NCBI GenBank assembly: GCA_003246365.1
Contig: QKAN01000190.1
Coordinates: forward strand, 35,253 to 99,252
Origin: Clostridia bacterium
Lineage (GTDB): Bacteria; Bacillota; Clostridia; Christensenellales; CAG-138
Direction of reading: 5' to 3'
Length of the DNA stretch: 64,000 nucleotides
Part shown: positions 8,663-17,355 of the stretch, piece after piece
Numbering within the stretch: the first letter of the stretch is position 1
Layout of the letters: each line of letters starts with the position of its first letter
Notes under the pieces: model-generated
What the model was told of the DNA's origin: nothing
Databases searched by the model: none
Seen by the model: only the letters and a program-made list of their open reading frames with translations
Program-made: the position numbers and the translations under genes

Positions 8663-9154
8663 ATGCTGATTCGAAAAGCGGAGCAAAAGGATTTACCGGA
8701 GTTGCTCGCCATCTATAATTATGAAGTGGTCAACAGCATCGCAAATCTGGACCTGACCCCGCGCACGCTCGACGAATGGCAGATTTGGTTTGATCACCAC
8801 AATGTGGAAAATCATCCGCTGTACACTGCCGAAATAGACGGACGCGTTGCGGGTTATGTTTCTCTTTCTTCCTATCGCGAAAAAGAAGCGTTTCGCTCTA
8901 CCGTTGAACTTTCCATCTATGTTTCGCCGGAATACCGAAAACGCGGCGCTGCGAAAAAAATGATGGAGTTCATTCTGGATGAAGCGCGCGCAGACGAACG
9001 CACGCACGCCGTCGTCTCCGTTATCTCCGCCGGAAACGAGGCCAGCATCCGCCTGCATGAAAAACTCGGTTTCGTATACTGCGGAACGATTCCGGAAGTC
9101 GGGGTCAAGTTCGGCGTATATCAGGATATCGTGAATTACACGCTATTGGTCTAG
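8663..9154 (+). CDS. GNAT N-acetyltransferase, YncA/phosphinothricin acetyltransferase-like
   Basis: IYNYEV, TVELSIYV, NEASIRLHEKLGF, EVGVKFG. Confidence 0.88.
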   Translation: MLIRKAEQKDLPELLAIYNYEVVNSIANLDLTPRTLDEWQIWFDHHNVENHPLYTAEIDGRVAGYVSLSSYREKEAFRSTVELSIYVSPEYRKRGAAKKMMEFILDEARADERTHAVVSVISAGNEASIRLHEKLGFVYCGTIPEVGVKFGVYQDIVNYTLLV

Positions 9155-9171
9155 TAAATTCGTAAGAGTCA

Positions 9172-9199
9172 AAAAGGGAATCTGTTCGGATTCCCTTTT
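9172..9199. terminator. Bidirectional terminator between the GNAT gene and the adenosyltransferase gene
   Basis: AAAAGGGAATC-TGTTCG-GATTCCCTTTT. Confidence 0.75.
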
Positions 9200-9200
9200 A

Positions 9201-9216
9201 TGTTTCACGGGAAACA
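9201..9216. promoter_or_regulatory. parS: parS site 4 (one mismatch)
   Basis: TGTTTCACGGGAAACA, intergenic. Confidence 0.75.
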
Positions 9217-9218
9217 TT

Positions 9219-9728
9219 TTAAAATTCAATTCCTTTTCTTGCCGAAACACCCTTTTCATACGGGTGCTTGAGGAGCTTCATCTCGGTAACGTAGTCTGCC
9301 CGTTCCAGTATCTCCGGTTCGGGGTCACGTCCGGTGATCACTAGTTCCGCGTCTCCGTGATCGTCCAGAAGCGCATAGACCGCATCGCGGTCGATCAGAC
9401 CCAGTGCAAGTGCAGAATTCAACTCGTCCAGCACCAAAAGCGAACACATGTTTGTTTTAGCAAGCTGCGATACAGCTTCCAGCGTACGGTTATGCAGATC
9501 GCGCACTGCTGACTTTGTTTCATTGCTCATGTTGGGGAAGAAACCGTGCGGCAGATCGTTGCGGTAAACAGGAACGCCGAGGGTTTCCAGTGTTTTTAGC
9601 TCGCCTGTCGGCGTACTTTTGAGAAATTGCGCAAGCACGGCTTTTCCGCCCGTACCCACATGGCGAAGAATCAACCCCAGCGCAGCCGTCGTTTTTCCTT
9701 TTCCGTCGCCGCAATACACGTGAATCAT
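9219..9728 (-). CDS. Cob(I)alamin adenosyltransferase, CobA/CobO/BtuR family
   Basis: VYCGDGKGKTTAALG, QFLK, LVLDE, ELVITGR, ADYVTEM..KHPY..G..ARKGIEF. Confidence 0.93.
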   Translation of the reverse strand: MIHVYCGDGKGKTTAALGLILRHVGTGGKAVLAQFLKSTPTGELKTLETLGVPVYRNDLPHGFFPNMSNETKSAVRDLHNRTLEAVSQLAKTNMCSLLVLDELNSALALGLIDRDAVYALLDDHGDAELVITGRDPEPEILERADYVTEMKLLKHPYEKGVSARKGIEF

Positions 9729-9755
9729 ATGGATTCCTCCGAATCAATCACACTG

Positions 9756-9787
9756 TTATCCACATTTTACGATAGAACTGTGGAAAA
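9756..9787. promoter_or_regulatory. Pair of opposed DnaA boxes upstream of the adenosyltransferase gene
   Basis: TTATCCACA at 9756-9764 and TGTGGAAAA at 9779-9787. Confidence 0.6.
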
Positions 9788-9857
9788 AGGCAACCGCGCG
9801 CAGATTGGAGCACGGTTGCCTTTGATTATCCTTCGAATCTGTTTTTAACGCGATGTC

Positions 9858-10475
9858 TTATAGCTTCTCATGATTTGAGCGTTTTAAATAGCCGCTGACC
9901 GTCTGTTCGGTGCCAGCCAGAGCGCGGCGGAAGTTTTCCGTGTGCTTAAAAATAAGGCACATGCAAGGGAAAAGCAAAATCGCGAAATTCATGCTGCTTT
10001 GTGTGCTGATTCCATAGGCAAAGGGAAACAGTCCCGCGGCTGAAACGGGCAGCGCCCAAGGGTAATTGATGACAAACGAAAGAGCGATGCCGAGCAACAG
10101 TAAAACAAAGAATATTCTGACATCCAGCGCAATGACGACACCGGCAAGACAGGACGAGCCTTTGCCGCCCTTGAAACCGAGCGAAAACGGAAACATATGC
10201 CCCAGCATTGCTGCGGCTCCGGCAAGAACGCCTGCATATGCAAACTGCGGAAAAAGCAATTTGGCAATTGTCACGGCGGCAAACGCCTTCGTTATATCCA
10301 AAATCATCACAATGACGCCAATGCTTTTACCAATGGTCAAAAAGACGTTGGTTGCGCCCAGATTTTTTGTGCCCTCGCTTCGCAGTTCTTTTTTCTTGAA
10401 CTTGGATATGATCCATGCGGGATTGATGCATCCGAGTAAATATCCCAGTAATAGGACTGTGGGTATTTTATACAT
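9858..10475 (-). CDS. plsY: Glycerol-3-phosphate acyltransferase, PlsY family
   Basis: YLLGCI, GTKNLGATN, LDITK, GHMFP..GFKGGKG, KHTEN..R. Confidence 0.9.
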   Translation of the reverse strand: MYKIPTVLLLGYLLGCINPAWIISKFKKKELRSEGTKNLGATNVFLTIGKSIGVIVMILDITKAFAAVTIAKLLFPQFAYAGVLAGAAAMLGHMFPFSLGFKGGKGSSCLAGVVIALDVRIFFVLLLLGIALSFVINYPWALPVSAAGLFPFAYGISTQSSMNFAILLFPCMCLIFKHTENFRRALAGTEQTVSGYLKRSNHEKL

Positions 10476-10790
10476 TGGCTGTCATCCTCCTTTTGTGAAT
10501 ATATGGCGAATGTTCACCGAAAGCGTGAATCCAGGGTCGTTCAAATTACTACGCGCTGTTTCCCGTATTCTACATGAGAACGGGGAGAAAGGCAAATAAA
10601 AGGATTCGGTTTAACTATTTGCTGATCTATTAACAAAATTGGAAAATTTGTTGAGCAATCATTTGCAGCGTCGTTGCGCGAGATTCACGCTCGTTTCACA
10701 ACTAATCAAAGTATATTGTGCTAGGATAAGTAAAACAAGTCGATTTTATCAAACAGACACGATAAACAGATCGAAAGGACGGAACATCCT

Positions 10791-11462
10791 ATGCGATTGA
10801 TTGTGAAACGCACGGTATATCTATTCATCGCCGCGCTGTTTCTTTTGCCGTCATTTGGCGCGAAACCGCAATTGGTCAGCGAGGAGGAAGCAAAGGAAGC
10901 AGGGTTGGCGTTTATCAACCGTATGTTTGACGTCAACGAGACAGAAGCAAAGGTTGCTTTTGTAACGCAAGCCGGATACAGCTTTATCGACGGAGAAACT
11001 ATCGAAACAGGAAAAGAAGAACCCGTATACATTTATTCGGTTTCGATATCGGAAAGTGATAACGGACTATACCGTTACTATGCATATATAAATGCAGAAA
11101 CAGGCGTTGCCTATTATGCTGCCAGGGGCTATTCTCTCGGGGCAGAAATGACAACCGAACAACGAAACGCGATGGAAGAGGAGAAGGGCGATGATTTCTG
11201 GGAATCCTGCAATTATTCGAGAATCAGCGTAAACTGTAAGGATGCTGCGCGGGAATGGATTTCGCAAAAATTTGACCTGAACGCGAAAATACTCGGATTC
11301 ATCGATTGTGGTTTTCTGGCTGATGAAACGGGAGTAACAGCAAACTTCTATGTAGTGATTCGAGACGGCACGATTTATTACATCAATATGGCATGGCCGC
11401 AGTTGATTGTTTTGGAAGTTGGTATTCTGAATCAAATCGGGCCATATTGGAGTGAACTATGA
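10791..11462 (+). CDS. Exported protein, PepSY-like, paralog 1
   Basis: Signal peptide; VSEEEAKEAGLAFIN...YYAYINAETG; clear similarity to the next two ORFs. Confidence 0.75.
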   Translation: MRLIVKRTVYLFIAALFLLPSFGAKPQLVSEEEAKEAGLAFINRMFDVNETEAKVAFVTQAGYSFIDGETIETGKEEPVYIYSVSISESDNGLYRYYAYINAETGVAYYAARGYSLGAEMTTEQRNAMEEEKGDDFWESCNYSRISVNCKDAAREWISQKFDLNAKILGFIDCGFLADETGVTANFYVVIRDGTIYYINMAWPQLIVLEVGILNQIGPYWSEL

Positions 11463-12139
11463 GGAAAAACGAAAATTGCTTGATTGCACTATTCTGTGCT
11501 GCACTGCTACTCTCCGGTTGTTCGCCGCACCTTGTGAGCAAAGCCGAGGCGAAAGAAGCGGGACTTGCGCTGATTAATCAGACTTTTGAAATAAATGAAA
11601 CCGACGCAACGGTAACCTATGCCGAATACGCAGGGTTCTCCTATGCCAACGGCGTAATGGTGCAATATGGAACCGAAGAATCGGTGCGGGTGTATTCGGT
11701 TTCGATTCCGCAGGAAAACAGCGAAAATCCGCTATATTACGCGATGGTGAATGCGGAAACGGGGTTTGCCTATCACGCGGAAAAAAGCGATAGGTTGCTT
11801 TCCCCAATGACGGCAGAACAGCAGAAGCAGGCGGAAGAACTGGCTTCTATTGATGTGTTCAGCAGCGATTATGATTTTGCAGTCGATGAATATCAGAAAA
11901 AGCTGAACGAGTCGAATCCCGCAGGCGTCGCAACAGATTGGGTAACGGAAAAATTTTGTCCGGGGGAGCCGTCCATTGCGACGCTGGAAAACGGAACGAC
12001 AAGCGATAGCGTAATCGCTCCGCTTGTCTATGCGGATTATTCGATTGTATTTGATGATGGAGCGGTCTATCAGGTAACGCTGATTTGGCCGACTATGGAG
12101 ATAAAGCAGGTGTCGATTCTGAGCCAAAGTGTGCAATAA
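11459..12139 (+). CDS. Lipoprotein, PepSY-like, paralog 2
   Basis: Lipobox LSGC; VSKAEAKEAGLALIN...YYAMVNAETG. Confidence 0.8.
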   Translation: MRKNENCLIALFCAALLLSGCSPHLVSKAEAKEAGLALINQTFEINETDATVTYAEYAGFSYANGVMVQYGTEESVRVYSVSIPQENSENPLYYAMVNAETGFAYHAEKSDRLLSPMTAEQQKQAEELASIDVFSSDYDFAVDEYQKKLNESNPAGVATDWVTEKFCPGEPSIATLENGTTSDSVIAPLVYADYSIVFDDGAVYQVTLIWPTMEIKQVSILSQSVQ

Positions 12140-12150
12140 GGAGGATACGA

Positions 12151-12804
12151 ATGAAAAGAAAAATCAATCTTGCTTTGCTATTTATATTTTGCTGTACAAT
12201 ATTTCTTTCCGGCTGCGGTCAAAGGGACATCGGTGAGTCGAAAGCGAAGGAAATCGGGCTGGCGTATATTAACAAGTATTTCGGGGCAGATGAAACGGAA
12301 GCGGAAGTTACGCGCGAGCAACTGGAATACTTCACCTATAAAGATGGACTGGCCGTTTCCGGCGGGGATGCTGACGGAACGCGCGCTGTGTATCATGTGC
12401 GCGTTGCAAACAGCGAAACGATCACGCGATACGAAGCCTGGATTGTTGCCGATTCGGGGAATTTGCTTTACTGCAACCAGAGCGAACTGAATATTGTTTT
12501 GACGGACGAACAGAAGGAACAAGCAAATATTCTTTTTACGGAAGAACGCAATTGGGGCGAGAAACATGAAGATGCGTTAAAGAGATTGAAAGCAGAAAGC
12601 ACTTTATGGGTGATGAACAACTTAATGGAGGATGAGCCCATACTATTCGTCGCGGAAACGGGAGAGAATCCACGGGTAAACGTCACGACAACATTTGTTG
12701 AGAGTTATTATGTCGCAATGCGCAATGGCACGATTTATCAGATAGCGATGCAGTGGCCGTCGTTTCAGGTGCTTCAAGTTTCGATGCTGAATGAAATGAA
12801 CTGA
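12151..12804 (+). CDS. Lipoprotein, PepSY-like, paralog 3
   Basis: RBS AAGGAGG; lipobox LSGC; IGESKAKEIGLAYIN...YEAWIVADSG. Confidence 0.8.
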   Translation: MKRKINLALLFIFCCTIFLSGCGQRDIGESKAKEIGLAYINKYFGADETEAEVTREQLEYFTYKDGLAVSGGDADGTRAVYHVRVANSETITRYEAWIVADSGNLLYCNQSELNIVLTDEQKEQANILFTEERNWGEKHEDALKRLKAESTLWVMNNLMEDEPILFVAETGENPRVNVTTTFVESYYVAMRNGTIYQIAMQWPSFQVLQVSMLNEMN

Positions 12805-12827
12805 TTCAGAAAAAATATTGCAAAACA

Positions 12828-12858
12828 AAGCGCGCCGTTTCCGGCGCGCTTATGCTTT
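12828..12858. terminator. Bidirectional terminator
   Basis: AAGCGCGCCG-TTTC-CGGCGCGCTT between convergent genes. Confidence 0.7.
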
Positions 12859-12870
12859 ATCGCTGTGAAA

Positions 12871-14070
12871 TTAGATGCCGAGGTGGCGGAGTGTTCCGCG
12901 CTTTTCCAGCTGCTTGAGCATGGCGGCCGGGTCCTTCGTCTTGGCGAGGAAGATCATCGCCGCGATGACATACGGCTTGAAAGAAGCCTGCTTGTAGAGC
13001 GGGTCGCGGTAACGGTCAAACACCGTTGCGGCAACTTCGCCTGCTTCGCAGCTGACGCCCGTGATGTCGGCAGGCAGGCAGTGCAGATACAGCGCTTTGC
13101 CGTTCTTGGTCTTTGCCATGAGTTCTTCGGTGCATTCCCAGTCTTTGTGCTGGGCGTTCTGCGCGAGCAGCTTTTTCTCCAGCGCTTTGATGCCGTCGAA
13201 ATCGCCGTTGCCGTAGAGTTCCGTGCGCTCTTCCATGGCTTTAAACGGCGCCCAGCTCTTCGGATAAACGATGTCCGCATCCGCAAACGCGTCGGACATG
13301 CTGTTGGTTACGGTGAACTTGCCGCCGCTCTGGGCGCTCTGACGCTTGGCAACTTCTACCACGTCGTCCATGACTTCGTATCCCTCGGGATGCGCAAGGG
13401 TAACGTCCATGCCAAAGCGGGTGAACAGACCGATGACGCCCTGCGGAACGGATAGCGGTTTGCCGTAGCTGGGGCTGTAAGCCCAGGTCATGGCAATCTT
13501 CTTGCCCTTCAGGTTTTCCACACCGCCGAACTCGCGAATGCAATGCGCCATGTCGGCCATGCACTGCGTCGGGTGGTCGATGTCGCACTGGAGATTGACC
13601 AGCGTCGGTTTCTGCTCGAGCACGCCGTCGATGTTGCCCTGCTTCACGGAGTTGACCACTTCGTGCATATAGGAGTTGCCTTTGCCGATGTACATGTCGT
13701 CGCGGATACCGATGACGTCCGCCATGAAGCTGATCATGTTGGCGGTTTCGCGAACGGTTTCGCCGTGCGCAATCTGGCTCTTGCCTTCGTCGAGATCCTG
13801 AACTTCCAGACCGAGCAGGTTGCAGGCGGACGCAAACGAGAAACGCGTGCGTGTGCTGTTGTCGCGGAAGAGGGAGATGCCGAGGCCGGAATCAAAAATC
13901 TTCGTGGAGATGTTGCGCTCTCTGAGGTTGCGCAGCGCGTTGGCGACGGTGAACACCGCGTCGAGCTCGTCGCGCGATTTTTCCCATGTGAGGAAGAAAT
14001 CGCCTTCATACATGTTGGCGAAGTTCAGTCCGTCCAGCGTCTTGGTGAACTGCTTGATGTCGTTACCCAT
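12871..14070 (-). CDS. ygeW: Knotted carbamoyltransferase YgeW
   Basis: FRDNSTRTRFS, HGETVRET, NLQCDIDHPTQ, WAYSPSYGKPLSVPQ, YPKSW, LHCLPAD. Confidence 0.95.
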   Translation of the reverse strand: MGNDIKQFTKTLDGLNFANMYEGDFFLTWEKSRDELDAVFTVANALRNLRERNISTKIFDSGLGISLFRDNSTRTRFSFASACNLLGLEVQDLDEGKSQIAHGETVRETANMISFMADVIGIRDDMYIGKGNSYMHEVVNSVKQGNIDGVLEQKPTLVNLQCDIDHPTQCMADMAHCIREFGGVENLKGKKIAMTWAYSPSYGKPLSVPQGVIGLFTRFGMDVTLAHPEGYEVMDDVVEVAKRQSAQSGGKFTVTNSMSDAFADADIVYPKSWAPFKAMEERTELYGNGDFDGIKALEKKLLAQNAQHKDWECTEELMAKTKNGKALYLHCLPADITGVSCEAGEVAATVFDRYRDPLYKQASFKPYVIAAMIFLAKTKDPAAMLKQLEKRGTLRHLGI

Positions 14071-14130
14071 AAAAACTCACTCCTGTAATCTTCTTGTTTG
14101 TACTAAATTGCTGTTCAATAGAGAAAATAA

Positions 14131-14158
14131 GTGCAGAACGGAGCGTTCCGTTCTGCAC
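14131..14158 (-). terminator. Perfect 12-bp hairpin between ygeY and ygeW (terminator or mRNA stabiliser)
   Basis: GTGCAGAACGGA-GCGT-TCCGTTCTGCAC followed by TTATTTT on the minus strand. Confidence 0.6.
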
Positions 14159-14169
14159 AATGCTTGCTT

Positions 14170-15543
14170 TTAGCAGGCGGACTTGTCCGACTTGGTGTCT
14201 GTGCCGCCCGCGCGGAACTGACAGGCGTCGTCATCGCCCTGGCCTTTGTACATGGAAGGAATCAGCGCATACACAGCAGCGCAGGTGACGAGGTCCTGTT
14301 TCCAGGTGATCTCATTCGGCGCGTGCGCCTGGCTTTCCGCACCCGGGCCGAAGCCGACGCAGGGGATACCATAGCGACCCTGAATCGCAACACCGTTGGT
14401 GGAGAAAGTCCATTTGTCGATCAGCGGACGGTTTCTTAAGTGCATGGAGCCTTCGGCGCCGATGCGCTTTTCGCCGTAGAGCGCCTTGTGCGCATCCGCA
14501 ACGGCCTGCACGTGTCCGGCAGTTTCCTTGTTGATCCATGTCGGGAAATAGCATTCGGTTTCGTACACGAGGCCGGTCCATGCGGGACGGTCATACATGT
14601 ACATGCTCACTGTTGCGCCGTGCTTCTTGCAGGCGGGAAGCGCTTCGATTTCCTTGATGCAGCTGTCCCAGGTTTCGCCGGCGGTCATGCGGCGGTCGAT
14701 AGAAATCGAGCAGCTGTCCGCAACGGCACAGCGGGACGGGCTGGTGAAGAAAATCTGGGAAACCGTGCAGGTGCCGCGACCGAGGAAGCGCGCGTCTTCA
14801 TAGTGATCCGGGTTGAATTTCGGTTCAAGCATCTTGCAAAGACCCTTAATCGAATTTTCGTCGTCGCAGCCGTTGGCGTTGAGGGCTTCTACATCCTTGA
14901 GGATTTCCGCCATCTTGTAAATCGCGTTGTCGCCGCGTTCCGGCGCGCTGCCGTGGCAGGAAATGCCCTTCACGTCCACGCGGATTTCCATACGTCCGCG
15001 ATGTCCGCGATAGATGCCGCCGTCCGTCGGTTCGGTGGAAACGACGAATTCCGGCTTGATCTTGTCTTCGTTGTGAATGTACTGCCAGCAGAGACCGTCG
15101 CAGTCTTCTTCCTGTACGGTTGCCGTCACGAGGATTTTGTAGCCGTCCGGAATCAGGCCGAGATCTTTCATGATCTTTGCGCCGTAAACAGCGGAAACAA
15201 CGCCGCCCTCCTGATCGGAGCCGCCGCGTCCGTAGATCACGTCGTCGGTTTCATACCCTTCGTACGGATCCTTTTCCCAGTTGTTGATATTGCCGATGCC
15301 GACGGTGTCGATGTGTCCGTCAAACGCGATGATCTTGTCGCCCGTGCCCATCCAACCGAGGGCGTTGCCTTCGGGGTCGATTTCAGCTTTGTCAAAACCA
15401 AGCGCTTCCATCTCTTTGATGGTGCGCTTGATGACGCCTTCCTCTTCGCAGCTCTCGCTCGGAATGGCGATCAGATCGCGAAGGAACTTCGTCATCTGCT
15501 TTTCGTAAGCCTGCGCGGCTTGTTTTACCTTGCTGGTATCCAT
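14170..15543 (-). CDS. ygeY: YgeY-family M20 amidohydrolase
   Basis: [50 protein letters not shown]...AHAPNE. Confidence 0.93.
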   Translation of the reverse strand: MDTSKVKQAAQAYEKQMTKFLRDLIAIPSESCEEEGVIKRTIKEMEALGFDKAEIDPEGNALGWMGTGDKIIAFDGHIDTVGIGNINNWEKDPYEGYETDDVIYGRGGSDQEGGVVSAVYGAKIMKDLGLIPDGYKILVTATVQEEDCDGLCWQYIHNEDKIKPEFVVSTEPTDGGIYRGHRGRMEIRVDVKGISCHGSAPERGDNAIYKMAEILKDVEALNANGCDDENSIKGLCKMLEPKFNPDHYEDARFLGRGTCTVSQIFFTSPSRCAVADSCSISIDRRMTAGETWDSCIKEIEALPACKKHGATVSMYMYDRPAWTGLVYETECYFPTWINKETAGHVQAVADAHKALYGEKRIGAEGSMHLRNRPLIDKWTFSTNGVAIQGRYGIPCVGFGPGAESQAHAPNEITWKQDLVTCAAVYALIPSMYKGQGDDDACQFRAGGTDTKSDKSAC

Positions 15544-15600
15544 GGTAGATTGCTCTTCCTTTCTTCTGCTGTGACCGGGGCCGCAGCATGCAGGCCGAGG

Positions 15601-16230
15601 TCAATCTTTTTTTGCGTCAATGTAGGAATACAGGGTATATTTGCTGATGCCGAAATATTTCGACACCTTGTCGCCGCTCTTGGTTACGAGGAATGCGCCC
15701 GCCTGATAGAGGAACTGGATCGCCGAGATCTTGTCCTCTTTTGTCATCATGGCAACAGGTTTGCCGACGATGGCGACGCTCTGCTCGATCAGATCGTCCA
15801 GCAGATCGTTTACGTTCTGCGGGATGCGCTCCGGCATGGTCGGTTCGCTGTTATGGTGGAGTACGGAAGAAATCGCCCGCTCCGCCATCAACAGTTCCGT
15901 GATGTCGTAGTTAATCGAAAGTACGGCCTCGATTACGTTATCCGCGTTGCGCAGGTAGACTGTGCTGGATTTGAGCACACGCCCGTCGCGCGTTTTGGTG
16001 AGATAACCAAGTTCGTCTACAAGCGTAGGGTCGTTTTTGCGCTGAATTGCTTCCAGCACAACGCGGGAGGCGCTGCCGCCCGTCTGACGATGGGATACAT
16101 GCCCGTTTTCAATCACCGCGATCGTGTGTTCGGTGTCGTCGCGGGAGATGTCGTGCACGACGACTTCGCTGCTTTCGCCAAACTCCGAAGTGATGGCTTT
16201 GGCAAGCCGCTGCAAGAATTCAAGATCCAT
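15601..16230 (-). CDS. YheO/DauR-like PAS + HTH transcriptional regulator
   Basis: EVVVHD, IENGHVS.R..G, GRVLKSST, LSINYD, GAFLV...VSKYFGISKYTLYSY; start placed at MDLEF. Confidence 0.9.
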   Translation of the reverse strand: MDLEFLQRLAKAITSEFGESSEVVVHDISRDDTEHTIAVIENGHVSHRQTGGSASRVVLEAIQRKNDPTLVDELGYLTKTRDGRVLKSSTVYLRNADNVIEAVLSINYDITELLMAERAISSVLHHNSEPTMPERIPQNVNDLLDDLIEQSVAIVGKPVAMMTKEDKISAIQFLYQAGAFLVTKSGDKVSKYFGISKYTLYSYIDAKKD

Positions 16231-16653
16231 GTCGCGAACCCTCTTCCTTATCAATAATATACAGAACAATACAAAAAAACAAGATGAATTACAAATATAT
16301 TTTATGGAACCAGAAAGATTTTTTGCTTTAAGTCGTTTGATTCGTCATTTTGTAACGTTTCGACCAATTTTCTGACCAGATTCTTTTTGATTGTTTAGAC
16401 TAAATATTTATTTTATTGTATCACAAACAGAAATTTGATGCAAAAAACTTTCATGTGTTTTCTGCCTCCGATATCGAAAGATTGAAACGGATCAAACTCG
16501 ATTGCCGCAAATTTTGTCGAAATCGTGATGAAATCAAATATCTGTCACGGTTTATGCGTAACAAACTCACGTTTCCTTCCTTGTGCAGTTGCGGGAAATA
16601 GGTTAAAATGAGATAACCTGAGATCAGGTAGTAATTGTAAGGTGGTGAACCGC

Positions 16654-17001
16654 ATGGAAGAACAGCGCGATTTAGTGGTTTTTTCCGATGATGAAGGCAA
16701 TGAATTCGAACTGGAAATCGTAGATTATTTTGATCACGAAGGTCAGGAATACGCGGTGCTGATCGATCCCGAGTCCGGCTGCGACTGCGGCTGTGAGCAC
16801 GACGAATGCGACGAAGAGCACGGCTCGGAAGTCTACATCATGAAAATCGTCGTCAATGGCGAATATGAAGAATTCCTCCCCGCGGACGAAGACAAAATGG
16901 AAGCTTTGTCCAAAATCGTGGAAGAGCGCTTCGAAGCGATGGACGAAGATGAAGATTGCGGCTGCGGCTGTGGCTGCGGTTGCGGTTGCGACGAAGACTA
17001 A
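16654..17001 (+). CDS. DUF1292-family acidic protein with Cys-rich insert and (CG)n tail
   Basis: DDEGNEFELEIVDYFDHEGQEYAVL; CDCGCEHDECDEEH; C-terminal CGCGCGCGCGCDED. Confidence 0.85.
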   Translation: MEEQRDLVVFSDDEGNEFELEIVDYFDHEGQEYAVLIDPESGCDCGCEHDECDEEHGSEVYIMKIVVNGEYEEFLPADEDKMEALSKIVEERFEAMDEDEDCGCGCGCGCGCDED

Positions 17002-17029
17002 GTCAAACGTACCCGGCGAAAGAACCCAT

Positions 17030-17059
17030 AAACCCGCGGCGATCTTGCCGTGGGTTTTT
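17030..17059 (+). terminator. Terminator after the DUF1292 gene
   Basis: AAACCCGCGGC-GATCTT-GCCGTGGGTTTTT. Confidence 0.7.
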
Positions 17060-17095
17060 CCGTTTTTTTGTGTAGATGTAACGGATTGAAAAAAG

Positions 17096-17152
17096 TAATC
17101 CACACATCGTCCACATGGAGTTATCCACAATGGTGGATAAATCGGTGGATAA
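17096..17152. promoter_or_regulatory. Cluster of five DnaA boxes outside oriC
   Basis: TAATCCACA, TCGTCCACA, TTATCCACA, then GGTGGATAA twice in the opposite orientation, within 57 bp. Confidence 0.8.
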
Positions 17153-17265
17153 CCAATCGGAATTAAATTTCCGATTCTCGAAAAGCGCAATCAAGAGATG
17201 GGGTTAACGGTGAATTGTGAAATTTAATAAATTACGCCAAAACCCGCGCAAATGATTTTATATTC

Positions 17266-17301
17266 TGGTATAATCGCTAGGACGGTACGAACAAGTGTTT
17301 G
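17266..17301 (+). promoter_or_regulatory. uvrA promoter (extended -10) and LexA/SOS box
   Basis: TGG-TATAAT at 17266-17274; CGAACAAGTGTTTG at 17288-17301 matches Firmicute GAAC-N4-GTTY. Confidence 0.8.
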
Positions 17302-17355
17302 GAACAAAACACAGCATCCGGTAACGAACCGGATTTTCACGGAAAGGGACTCCTC

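Noticed and set aside
14440-16257. 605-aa plus-strand ORF
   Set aside because: Antisense shadow of ygeY and the regulator caused by biased codon usage; no RBS or recognisable motifs
16600-16650. TGAGA...ACCTGA sequence resembling a TPP riboswitch
   Set aside because: Too short, lacks the other TPP core elements, and is not upstream of a thiamine gene
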